A stretch of DNA of 63,982 nucleotides, counting the filler, from Candidatus Fermentibacterota bacterium (lineage in GTDB: Bacteria > JAFGKV01): NCBI GenBank assembly GCA_016928395.1. It is 6 parts of 6 records of this genome, joined end to end, with 100 filler letters (N's around TTAATTAATTAA, not from the genome) between each part and the next. Parts side by side here need not be neighbours in the genome. Positions count along the whole stretch, not along the records: positions 1 to 15,623 come from JAFGKV010000123.1; 5 more parts are not named here. One strand, written 5' to 3'. The notes under the pieces are model-generated. The model was given only the letters and a program-made list of their open reading frames with translations, had not been told where the DNA came from and made no database searches. Position numbers and translations under genes: made by a program. This document shows, one piece after another, positions 1 through 7,707 of the stretch; position 1 is the stretch's first letter, and each line of letters begins with the position of its first letter.

Positions 1-6
1 CGTTCC

Positions 7-1311
7 ATGCCTTCCGTTACCATAGTGGGCGGCGGTCTCGCCGGGTCTGAGGCCGCGCTGCAGCTGGCCGCGCGGGGCGTAGACGTGACGCTTTATGAGA
101 TGCGGCCGGCCGTGATGACGCCGGCGCATCGGTCGGGTAGCCTGGCGGAACTGGTCTGCTCCAACTCGCTGAAGAGCGACGTCCTGCCATCGGGCCAGGC
201 ACTGCTCAAGGCCGAACTCCGGCTTCTGAACTGTGCGTTGCTCCTCATTGCAGAATCGAGCCGTGTGCCGGCGGGCAAAGCCTTGGCCGTTGACCGCGAA
301 CGGTTCGCAGGCGAGGTGACGCGGCGGATCGAGAGCGACCCCAGGATGAGCCTTCGGAGGGAGGAAACAGACTCCCTGGATCTGCCCGGTTTCGTCGTCC
401 TGGCCACCGGTCCACTGACCAGCCCCGGGCTCAGTTCATGGCTGGAAGCGCTTCTCGGTACAGCCGCGCTCCATTTCTACGACGCCATAAGCCCCATCAT
501 CGATGCCTCCTCCATCGACTTCAGCAGGCTTTTCCTGGGAGATCGCTACGGGGCGGGTAGTGGAGATTACTGGAATATCCCGCTGGACCAGGCGGCCTAC
601 CGCGCCTTTGTTCACGCCCTCAGGGATGCCGATGTGCTCCAGGGGAGAGACTGGGAGAACGTGGCCTGTTTCGAGGGGTGCCTGCCTATCGAGGAGCTGG
701 CCCGCCGGGGCGATGATGCCCTGGCCTTCGGGCCATTCCGCCCCGTGGGGTTACAGAGACCGGATCTTCCCCGCAGCGCTGCGGTCATCCAACTGCGGAG
801 TGAGAATCTGGCGGGTGACTGCTTCAACCTGGTCGGATGTCAAACGCGCCTCTCTTTCGGCGAACAGCAAAGAGTCTTCCGCACGCTTCCCGGGCTCTCC
901 GAGGCCCGGTTTCTGAGGTTCGGCCAGCTTCACAGGAATACATATCTTGATTCGCCACGCGTGCTCGAGCCAGACCTATCATTGCGGATGCGCCCGCTCG
1001 TGCGGGTCGCCGGGCAGCTCTGCGGCACCGAGGGCTACATGGAGAGCATCGGCATGGGGCTCGTGGCCGCATTGTTCACTCTGGCGGCGTTGGAGGGCCG
1101 CTCTCTTCCCACTCCTCCGCCGGACACCATGCTGGGCGCCCTCTGCCGCTATGTTGCCGGAGCCGAGGGCTCGTTCCAGCCCATGAACGCCCATTTCGGG
1201 CTCCTGCCTCCGGCGCCGCAGATGATCCGAGGCAAAATCAACCGACGAACGTGGCTCTGCCAGCGCTCGCTGGCCGCCTTGGAGGCCTGGAGGGGCGAGA
1301 ACCGGCTCTGA
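7..1311 (+). CDS. trmFO: FAD/folate-dependent tRNA (uracil-5-)-methyltransferase TrmFO (Gid)
   Basis: GGGLAGSEAA FAD motif, AELVCSNSLKS, ATGPLTS, FYDAISP, FEGCLPIEE, AGQLCGTEGY, FQPMNAHFG. Confidence 0.95.
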   Translation: MPSVTIVGGGLAGSEAALQLAARGVDVTLYEMRPAVMTPAHRSGSLAELVCSNSLKSDVLPSGQALLKAELRLLNCALLLIAESSRVPAGKALAVDRERFAGEVTRRIESDPRMSLRREETDSLDLPGFVVLATGPLTSPGLSSWLEALLGTAALHFYDAISPIIDASSIDFSRLFLGDRYGAGSGDYWNIPLDQAAYRAFVHALRDADVLQGRDWENVACFEGCLPIEELARRGDDALAFGPFRPVGLQRPDLPRSAAVIQLRSENLAGDCFNLVGCQTRLSFGEQQRVFRTLPGLSEARFLRFGQLHRNTYLDSPRVLEPDLSLRMRPLVRVAGQLCGTEGYMESIGMGLVAALFTLAALEGRSLPTPPPDTMLGALCRYVAGAEGSFQPMNAHFGLLPPAPQMIRGKINRRTWLCQRSLAALEAWRGENRL

Positions 1312-1355
1312 GAGATCCATCGAGTGGCCGACGCAGGCCCCGACCGGATTCCTCA

Positions 1356-1383
1356 GGGACTATTCTAATATTAGAATAGTCCC
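1356..1383. repeat. Perfect 28-bp AT-rich palindrome GGGACTATTCTAAT|ATTAGAATAGTCCC
   Basis: Read directly; 14-bp arms with no loop, in the trmFO-xerC intergenic region. Confidence 0.9.
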
Positions 1384-1437
1384 ACGTCACCGCGGTTATG
1401 CTCCAGAGACGCCCGTCATTCTTCTGCGGTGAAAGCT

Positions 1438-1476
1438 GTGGGGCTGATTGTACGTCTGATTGACAATCAGCCCCAC
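1438..1476. repeat. REP-like inverted repeat GTGGGGCTGATTGT-N11-ACAATCAGCCCCAC
   Basis: 14-bp perfect arms; like the 1356 palindrome, its right end reads CCCACGTC. Confidence 0.8.
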
Positions 1477-1664
1477 GTCCCCGGTAGCGGGCCCACGAAG
1501 AGGCTGCCGACCAGACGTTCAGTCGCATGGTACCCGGATTGCCGATCTCTCCTGCGGCACACGGTGCTTCCGGAACTGCGGGCTCGTGTGCCCCATCTTC
1601 GTATTGCGTTTTCCCGGAGGAGCTTGCCATCTTGTGAGCAACACTCTTCCCGCTGGAGTAGGTC

Positions 1665-2597
1665 ATGCCAGACGCCTCAGACCTTTGCGATGAACCGCTG
1701 CTCGACGCCTTCGGGCGGCACCTTGCTCTGGAGCGGCGGCTGAGCCCGCATACCGTGCGGGCCTACCTCTCCGATTTGCGGCAGTTCGCCGAAGTCCTGC
1801 GCAGCATGCGTGCCCGGGGGAGGATCGAAGAGGCGACCCGGGAGCAGGTGCGCGCCTACCTGGCCCATCTTCACGGGACGGGAGTGGGCGGGAGAAGCCT
1901 GGGGAGAAAGCTCTCCAGCCTCCGGGCATTCTTCGCGTGGCTTGGCGGCCGGGACAATCACGACCCCACCGCAGCACTTACCAGGCCCAAGGAGCGCAGG
2001 GCATTGCCCCGGGTGCTCTCTGAGACCCAGGCAGGCGCTCTGGTGGAGTCGCCGGATCCCCAGTGCGCCGACGCAGGGCGGGATCGCGCGATTCTGGAAC
2101 TGCTCTATGGTTCCGGGCTGCGGGCATCCGAGGTTGTGGCGGCGGATGTGGAGGACCTCGACCTCTCGACGCGGCTCTTGCGGGTGCACGGCAAGGGAGG
2201 CAAGGAGCGGATCGTGCCTATGGGCGGGCCGTGCGTCATGGCGCTCAAGGCTCATCTGGAGGCCCGGGCCGCCGCGATCGGCTCGTGGCAGGGGCCGCTC
2301 TTTCCTGGGCGAGGATCGGGCGGGAGGATCAGTTCGAGGACAGTCCAGCGCATCGTAACAGCATGGGCGGGCCGTTCCGGCATGGGCGGCGTGCACCCTC
2401 ATCTCCTGCGCCACACGTTCGCGACGCATCTTCTGGACCGGGGCGCCGAGCTTCGCGCCGTCCAAGAACTCCTGGGCCACGCCAGCCTGGCCACCACGCA
2501 GATCTATACGCATCTTACTCTGGAACGGATGCGCACGGCCTACCAGCAGGCCCATCCCCATGCCGGGGAGGAAACGGGCTCAGACACCGATCCGTAG
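1665..2597 (+). CDS. xerC: Tyrosine recombinase XerC-like
   Basis: SPHTVRAY N-domain, LELLYGSGLRASE, GKGGKER, HPHLLRHTFATHLL, LLGHASLATTQIY; follows trmFO as in the common trmFO-xerC order. Confidence 0.88.
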   Translation: MPDASDLCDEPLLDAFGRHLALERRLSPHTVRAYLSDLRQFAEVLRSMRARGRIEEATREQVRAYLAHLHGTGVGGRSLGRKLSSLRAFFAWLGGRDNHDPTAALTRPKERRALPRVLSETQAGALVESPDPQCADAGRDRAILELLYGSGLRASEVVAADVEDLDLSTRLLRVHGKGGKERIVPMGGPCVMALKAHLEARAAAIGSWQGPLFPGRGSGGRISSRTVQRIVTAWAGRSGMGGVHPHLLRHTFATHLLDRGAELRAVQELLGHASLATTQIYTHLTLERMRTAYQQAHPHAGEETGSDTDP

Positions 2598-2949
2598 TGG
2601 CGGGACTTGGCGCCCGCCCAACGTCTCGCCCGTCGGCTGGCGATCGTGCCATAGCCGTGTCACCCCGCATCCGCTGGTGCGGGGGCACCCTGTGTGAGGC
2701 GCAGTTCCCGGCGTGTGATCGCGGTGGCGATGGGCTGCTCGTCCATCACTCCGGGTCATACGTACGGTCACGAAATGAGGGCGACGGTCGACCAGGCAGA
2801 AGCGATCGATGAGGGCGCATATCCGCTGCGATATCGAACCGATCGAGCACCCCAGAGCGCCGGGATGCAACGGCGATCGAATGCGACCGCATCCGTACAT
2901 TCGAGTATGCAGGTACCCACAATCCCGAAGAACCCGGGAAGTCCTCAGT

Positions 2950-4179
2950 CTACTCCCGGAACTCCAGGGTCAGGCAGTGAGGGCCTGAGGAGCCGAACCC
3001 AAGGATGGCGCCTCCACGCATGTGATGGACCGTGCGGCCTGAAACGCGCCGGTAGACTCGCGTCGCGACACTGTCCAGGGCCGTGATACCGTAGACCGGC
3101 ATGATGATGCCGTCATCCCAGACCAGGCAGTTCGGGTAGGCGATGGTAGGCAGGTGGGGAGTGTGGCGATTCGGGCTGTGTATGGAGCCGGGCCAGAACG
3201 GTACCCGCACCACGGTGAACCCGCGAGTACGCAATGCCTCGGCGATTCGGTCGTCCCATTCGTAGGGGGGCTGCTGCTGTACCGCCGCCGCGAAGGCCTC
3301 GGGCGGGGCGAGTGAGGCCAGGAGCCTCAACTTGTCGCGGATGAACGGCCACAGGATCAGAGCGGGCTTCATATTCCTGCGAAACGAAAGCCTGCCTCCT
3401 CGCACGGCGTAGTCCATATTGCCCGCAGAAGCCGCAAATTCGGCCGACCAGCGCGCCACGATGGCGGTGCATTCCTCGGGAGTCAAGGCCTCAAGCACAG
3501 TCCTGGCCATGCCATCGTCACCGACAACGACGAGACTGTCGGAGAGCGGCATCACCAGGAGATCCAGGTGGAATCGCTCCGGGAGTGGGGGAGAGGGGAG
3601 GGCGACAAGCGTCCCCTCAAGGACCTCCTCCAGCGCAGAGACATCCAGCCGGTCAGGGTGGAGCACCACGCTGCCGCAGGAGAGGAGGTTGGCTCCCGCG
3701 AACTCGAGCGGAAGGTCGTGACGTTCTATGCCGTAGGTCTCATCGAGGGAATCGAAGACCGGGCGGAGCTGATGATGATCTCCTGCGCTGACCCACATCC
3801 GTCCCGCCGCATCAACGACCGCCTGGTCGCGGGGCCAGGGCCCGTATGCCCGGGCATCCTGGACGAAGTAGAGGTTCGGCCGCTTGGCCCCCGTCGCCCC
3901 CTTTCTCCCCTGGGCGAGAGTCGAGGAGAAGATCTCGAATGACGGGCTCGATAAAGCAAACTGGTTGATGATGATTGCCTGCTCATGAGGAAGCGCCTCC
4001 AGGATATCGATCATCGACGCGAGGCCGACCTCGGCCGTCTGCGAGTATACGAGGATGATTCTGGAGACATTGCCTTCCCACGAACTCTGAAGCTGGATAC
4101 TTGAAGGAGCGGGGGGGCCGGGCACGGCGAGGGCCACATGGACAGGAAGAAGGACTGCCAAGAACCGCGCTGCCCGCAT
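2950..4179 (-). CDS. Secreted pentein-fold enzyme (agmatine/peptidyl-arginine deiminase-like)
   Basis: ATG at 4179 with GGAGG RBS and signal peptide MRAARFLAVLLPVHVALA; motifs WPRD, FHLD, YPN and C-terminal GPHCLT. Confidence 0.65.
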   Translation of the reverse strand: MRAARFLAVLLPVHVALAVPGPPAPSSIQLQSSWEGNVSRIILVYSQTAEVGLASMIDILEALPHEQAIIINQFALSSPSFEIFSSTLAQGRKGATGAKRPNLYFVQDARAYGPWPRDQAVVDAAGRMWVSAGDHHQLRPVFDSLDETYGIERHDLPLEFAGANLLSCGSVVLHPDRLDVSALEEVLEGTLVALPSPPLPERFHLDLLVMPLSDSLVVVGDDGMARTVLEALTPEECTAIVARWSAEFAASAGNMDYAVRGGRLSFRRNMKPALILWPFIRDKLRLLASLAPPEAFAAAVQQQPPYEWDDRIAEALRTRGFTVVRVPFWPGSIHSPNRHTPHLPTIAYPNCLVWDDGIIMPVYGITALDSVATRVYRRVSGRTVHHMRGGAILGFGSSGPHCLTLEFRE

Positions 4180-4238
4180 CTGGATGCCTCCATGGGGTCT
4201 CTCGGCGAGATGGCGATGCCAGGGCGCAGTCGGAGACA

Positions 4239-5132
4239 TCATCCTGGCATCTTTCCGCCGCCCAGAGGGGCTGTGCCGATCTCGCTGAGGGCCTGCAATG
4301 GCAAGACGCTTCGTTCGGGCCACGTGAGGACCCCGGTCCTTTCCGCATCGATCCGTGCGAAGCTTCTACGCCGGAGCCAGTCGCCGGGGTTCACCAGCAG
4401 TCCCGGGGCAAGGTCAACGGTCTGGGCGGTATGGGTATGCGCCACCACCACGGTGTCAATCCCTTCTGCGATGCAGCGGCGGGCAAAGGGGATGTAGCGG
4501 TCATTCTTCCACGTGCGTTTGTACTCCGCTGACTGTCGTGAGAGCCGCGACACGCTTCGTGCCAGCCAGAATGCGACTTCAGGGTGAAGGAGCCCGAAGG
4601 CGCGAATGGCCGCGCGGTTGCGTAGCAGGCGTTTGAGCAGGTGATACCCCCGGTCCGATGGGTTGAGCCCGTCACCGTGGGTGAGCATGATGCGTCTGGC
4701 GCCGACATTCCAGATCTCACGCTCCTCGGCGACACGGACGCCGATCTCTCTGGGGAAGAAGTTGCCCAGCCAGAAGTCGTGATTGCCCGGGAACAGGACG
4801 ACGTCCTTGCCTTGGCCGACCAGATCGCGGAGCGCGCACAGGAGCCGGTGGAATCCCCCGGGTACCACGTGGGGATACTCGAACCAGAAATCGAAGATGT
4901 CGCCCAGGAGCACGATGTGGGTCGCGCGCGGCGCTTCGACCGCGAGCATCTCAGCCAACTCATCAACCCGCGCCACTGACTCCTGCGTCGGCAGTTGCGG
5001 AAGATGAAGATCGGAGAAGATGAGGAGTCGGGAGTCGGCAGTCGGCAGTCGGGATATCCCCCCTGCGCGAAAGGGGGAGGCTGAGTCTCGACCTCGACCC
5101 CGGTCATTCGTCGTTGCCGGGCGGGATGTCAT
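4239..5132 (-). CDS. lpxH: UDP-2,3-diacylglucosamine diphosphatase (LpxH-like metallophosphoesterase)
   Basis: SDLHL, LLGDIFDFWF, GNHDFW, THGD, AHTH, NPGDW; N-terminal ~35 aa are repeat-derived and the start is uncertain. Confidence 0.8.
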   Translation of the reverse strand: MTSRPATTNDRGRGRDSASPFRAGGISRLPTADSRLLIFSDLHLPQLPTQESVARVDELAEMLAVEAPRATHIVLLGDIFDFWFEYPHVVPGGFHRLLCALRDLVGQGKDVVLFPGNHDFWLGNFFPREIGVRVAEEREIWNVGARRIMLTHGDGLNPSDRGYHLLKRLLRNRAAIRAFGLLHPEVAFWLARSVSRLSRQSAEYKRTWKNDRYIPFARRCIAEGIDTVVVAHTHTAQTVDLAPGLLVNPGDWLRRRSFARIDAERTGVLTWPERSVLPLQALSEIGTAPLGGGKMPG

Positions 5133-5605
5133 GTTCCACCATCCGGCTGTTCACTCGAACCAAAGCATCCCGAATGCGATCTCGAGGCGCCACAAAGTCC
5201 CCCCTTCCAAGAAGGGGGGTGAGGGGGGATTTCTCCCGCGAGGCGTGCCGCCATCGCACGGTGGATAGTCTCCACGACTGCAACAGTGTCCTTAATCACC
5301 TCGGAGCTGTTGAAGCGCATGACCTGCAGCCCGATTCCGGCCAAATACCTGTCGCGTCGAGCATCTCGATTCGCCTGTGCTGGCTCGCCATGCTGTGAAC
5401 CGTCAATCTCGACAACCAGCCTCGCAGCAGGGGCGTAGAAGTCAACAATGTAATCTCCGATTGGCTTCTGACGGTAGAACTGCATGCCATGCAGCTGTTT
5501 CCTCCGAAGTCTGCTCCAGAGGCGTCGCTCACTATCCGTCAGAGTCGCCCTGAGAACCCTGGCCGGCCTCTTGAGCCGTGGTGCGTACCGTATGATCTTC
5601 GTCAT
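5129..5605 (-). CDS. DUF559 (Vsr-like) endonuclease domain protein
   Basis: T-x-x-ERRLWSRLR, FYRQKPIGDYIVDF, LVVEIDGSQH, DARRDRYL, VMRF. Confidence 0.9.
   Translation of the reverse strand: MTKIIRYAPRLKRPARVLRATLTDSERRLWSRLRRKQLHGMQFYRQKPIGDYIVDFYAPAARLVVEIDGSQHGEPAQANRDARRDRYLAGIGLQVMRFNSSEVIKDTVAVVETIHRAMAARLAGEIPPHPPSWKGGLCGASRSHSGCFGSSEQPDGGT
5197..5232. repeat. Left copy of ~36-bp hairpin-containing inverted repeat flanking the DUF559 core
   Basis: GTCCCCCCTTCCAAGAAGGGGGGTGAGGGGGGATTT; similar to the reverse complement of 5612-5647. Confidence 0.8.
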
Positions 5606-5611
5606 TTCGGG

Positions 5612-5647
5612 AAATCCCCCTTAGTCCCCCTTTGCCAAAGGGGGAGA
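5612..5647. repeat. Right copy of ~36-bp inverted repeat flanking DUF559
   Basis: AAATCCCCCTTAGTCCCCCTTTGCCAAAGGGGGAGA. Confidence 0.8.
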
Positions 5648-5742
5648 TCCTTGCGCACGCAGCTCGTGCCCATCAGGCTCCATAGCTCAGATCCCCTGAA
5701 CTGTCCCCGACACGCTCTGTCACTCATCTCTCAATCCCGGGC

Positions 5743-7140
5743 TCACTCTCTCTTCTGGGTCTTGGATTTCCCGACCCCGTCGGGTGTTCCGGATTTCCCG
5801 ACCCTGTCCGACGTTTCGGATTTCGGATTTCGTGCTTCGGGTTTCTCTCCGAGCTGCAGCTTCCCTTCCCAGCCCACACTTCTCGGCCTGTAGTACCGGC
5901 GGGGCTTCATGCCGTCGGGCCAGTGCTGTTGGGCAGACGCGGCGTGGGGATCGTCGTGGGCGTAGACATAGCCCTTGCCGTAGCCCAGATCATCCATGAG
6001 GCGCGTCGGGGCATTGCGCAGCACCATGGGAACGGGCAGTGAACCCATAGTGCGGGCGTCTCCCCTTGCCGCGGTCAGCGCAGTGTAGACAGCATTGCTT
6101 TTCGGGGCCAATGCCAAGTACACCACTGCTTGAGCCAGAGCGCAGTCCGCCTCGGGCAGACCGAGAAGTTGCACCGTATGCATCGCGGCAACCGCGACGG
6201 GCAGAGCTTGTGGATGCGCGGTGCCGATATCCTCACTGGCGACCCTGATTAGCCGCCGCGCGATGTACAAAGGGTCCTCGCCCGATTCCACCATCCGGGC
6301 AAGCCAATAGAGCGCCGAGTCGACATCGGAATCACGGATGCACTTGTGCAAGGCCGAAATGATGTTATAGTGCTCCTCGCCTCCTTTGTCATAGAGGAGC
6401 GCCTGCTGCCCGGCTACCTCCCGCACCGAGGCCGGGGTGACTGCCTCGCCGGATCGATTCGTCGCCGCCACCGCCTCCAGTAGATTCAGCCCCTTGCGGA
6501 GATCGCCGTCAGCCAGTTCGGCGATGAGAACGAGGGCCGCGTCACTCCAGCCCGTCGCATCGAGCCCCAAGCCGCGCTCTGTATGGACGAGAGCCCTTCG
6601 AATCACCACCAGGACGTCCTCACTCTCAAGCCGCTTCAGGGGGTACACCGTGCAGCGGGAGAGGAGCGGGCCGACGAGCTGGAATGACGGGTTCTCCGTG
6701 GTGGCGCCGATGAGCTGAAGCGTGCCGTCTTCCACATGGGGGAGCAACCCGTCCTGCTGGGTTTTGTTGAAGCGGTGAATCTCATCCACGAAGAGGATGG
6801 TCCGGCGGCCACTTCGCGCCAGAGCGTGCCTCGCTTGGGAGACGACGATTCGCAGCTCGGGAAGTCCCGACGTGACGGCACTGAATGCAAGGAATCGTTT
6901 CGAGGTGTACCGCGCGACGACTGACGCCAGCGACGTCTTGCCGCACCCGGGTGGGCCCCACAAGATAACCGATCCCAGGGTGTCCTCCTCCAATGCACGG
7001 CGGAACGCCGCGCCCGGCAGTAGGAGATGCCCCTGCCCCACGACTTCGTCGAGATTCACCGGCCTCATGCGGTGGGCCAACGGCGCATCCGCCGGTGGTG
7101 TCTCAGCGATATCAAGTTCAAAAAGGTCTAGCTGCTCCAT
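5743..7140 (-). CDS. rarA: Replication-associated recombination protein A (RarA/MgsA AAA+ ATPase)
   Basis: PLAHRMRP, GPPGCGKT, FVDEIHRFNKTQQD, GATTENPSF, HYNIISALHK, LRNAPT, GYGKGYVYAHD; likely start MEQLDLF at 7140. Confidence 0.93.
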   Translation of the reverse strand: MEQLDLFELDIAETPPADAPLAHRMRPVNLDEVVGQGHLLLPGAAFRRALEEDTLGSVILWGPPGCGKTSLASVVARYTSKRFLAFSAVTSGLPELRIVVSQARHALARSGRRTILFVDEIHRFNKTQQDGLLPHVEDGTLQLIGATTENPSFQLVGPLLSRCTVYPLKRLESEDVLVVIRRALVHTERGLGLDATGWSDAALVLIAELADGDLRKGLNLLEAVAATNRSGEAVTPASVREVAGQQALLYDKGGEEHYNIISALHKCIRDSDVDSALYWLARMVESGEDPLYIARRLIRVASEDIGTAHPQALPVAVAAMHTVQLLGLPEADCALAQAVVYLALAPKSNAVYTALTAARGDARTMGSLPVPMVLRNAPTRLMDDLGYGKGYVYAHDDPHAASAQQHWPDGMKPRRYYRPRSVGWEGKLQLGEKPEARNPKSETSDRVGKSGTPDGVGKSKTQKRE

Positions 7141-7395
7141 CACCGTGCTCTTCCTCTTGCGTCGTGGCGGGCCACAATATACTTTGTCTTTGGATTTCCC
7201 AATAGGGGAACATGTTTGCCGCTGCCATCCCCCGTGAGAGCAGGCCGCCTGGTGGCCAGATGCGGGCCATATCGTGGTCTCATCCGGCCCATCGGCGTCC
7301 AACACCTCCGCCGTGCGACCCTACCACGCGGTGCGCATCGACGGAACGTGGCACGTTCACCCCTTCGGGTGGTTTTGCCATCCGAGGAGAATCAC

Positions 7396-7445
7396 TTGAC
7401 AGACTATGTCATCGCCAAGACATTTATCTAGTCTTAATGATTATG
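7396..7445 (+). promoter_or_regulatory. Candidate promoter/operator upstream of the TBDR operon
   Basis: AT-rich patch with TTGACA overlapping the dyad TGACA-gacta-TGTCA, followed by AAGAC-N9-GTCTT; no clean -10 box. Confidence 0.3.
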
Positions 7446-7707
7446 TGCCGTGCGCGAACTCTGACGCGCCCCTACCGCCAGGCCGTCCATGCGATGTGTC
7501 GTGCGGGGCGGCCGTCGGCAGTTCTGCTCAGGGATTCACCGCCATCGCCGCAGGGAGGAGGTGCGAACAAGGACGAAACCATTAGCTGGTCTTCCGGCCG
7601 CACCGAGCGCGCAGCCGAGAGACACCGCTTCGTCGTTCAGTTCGGGTATGCCGGCCTGCGGGCCGCGTTTGGAGGTCGCCCCGCCAGGGGCAAGACAGGA
7701 GGTTAGG

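Noticed and set aside
1480-1660. Possible decayed RAYT transposase next to the palindromes
   Set aside because: Only vague similarity that requires frameshifts; it cannot be supported.
1665-2597. xerC as a prophage or island integrase
   Set aside because: Its size, motifs and position after trmFO fit chromosomal XerC, and there are no phage genes or att repeats.
2694-3086. 130-aa ORF after xerC
   Set aside because: It has no motif and overlaps the 3' end of the convergent deiminase-like gene.
7445-7707. Possible riboswitch in the long TBDR leader
   Set aside because: No cobalamin, TPP or c-di-GMP consensus was recognisable by eye; an Rfam/Infernal scan would be needed.
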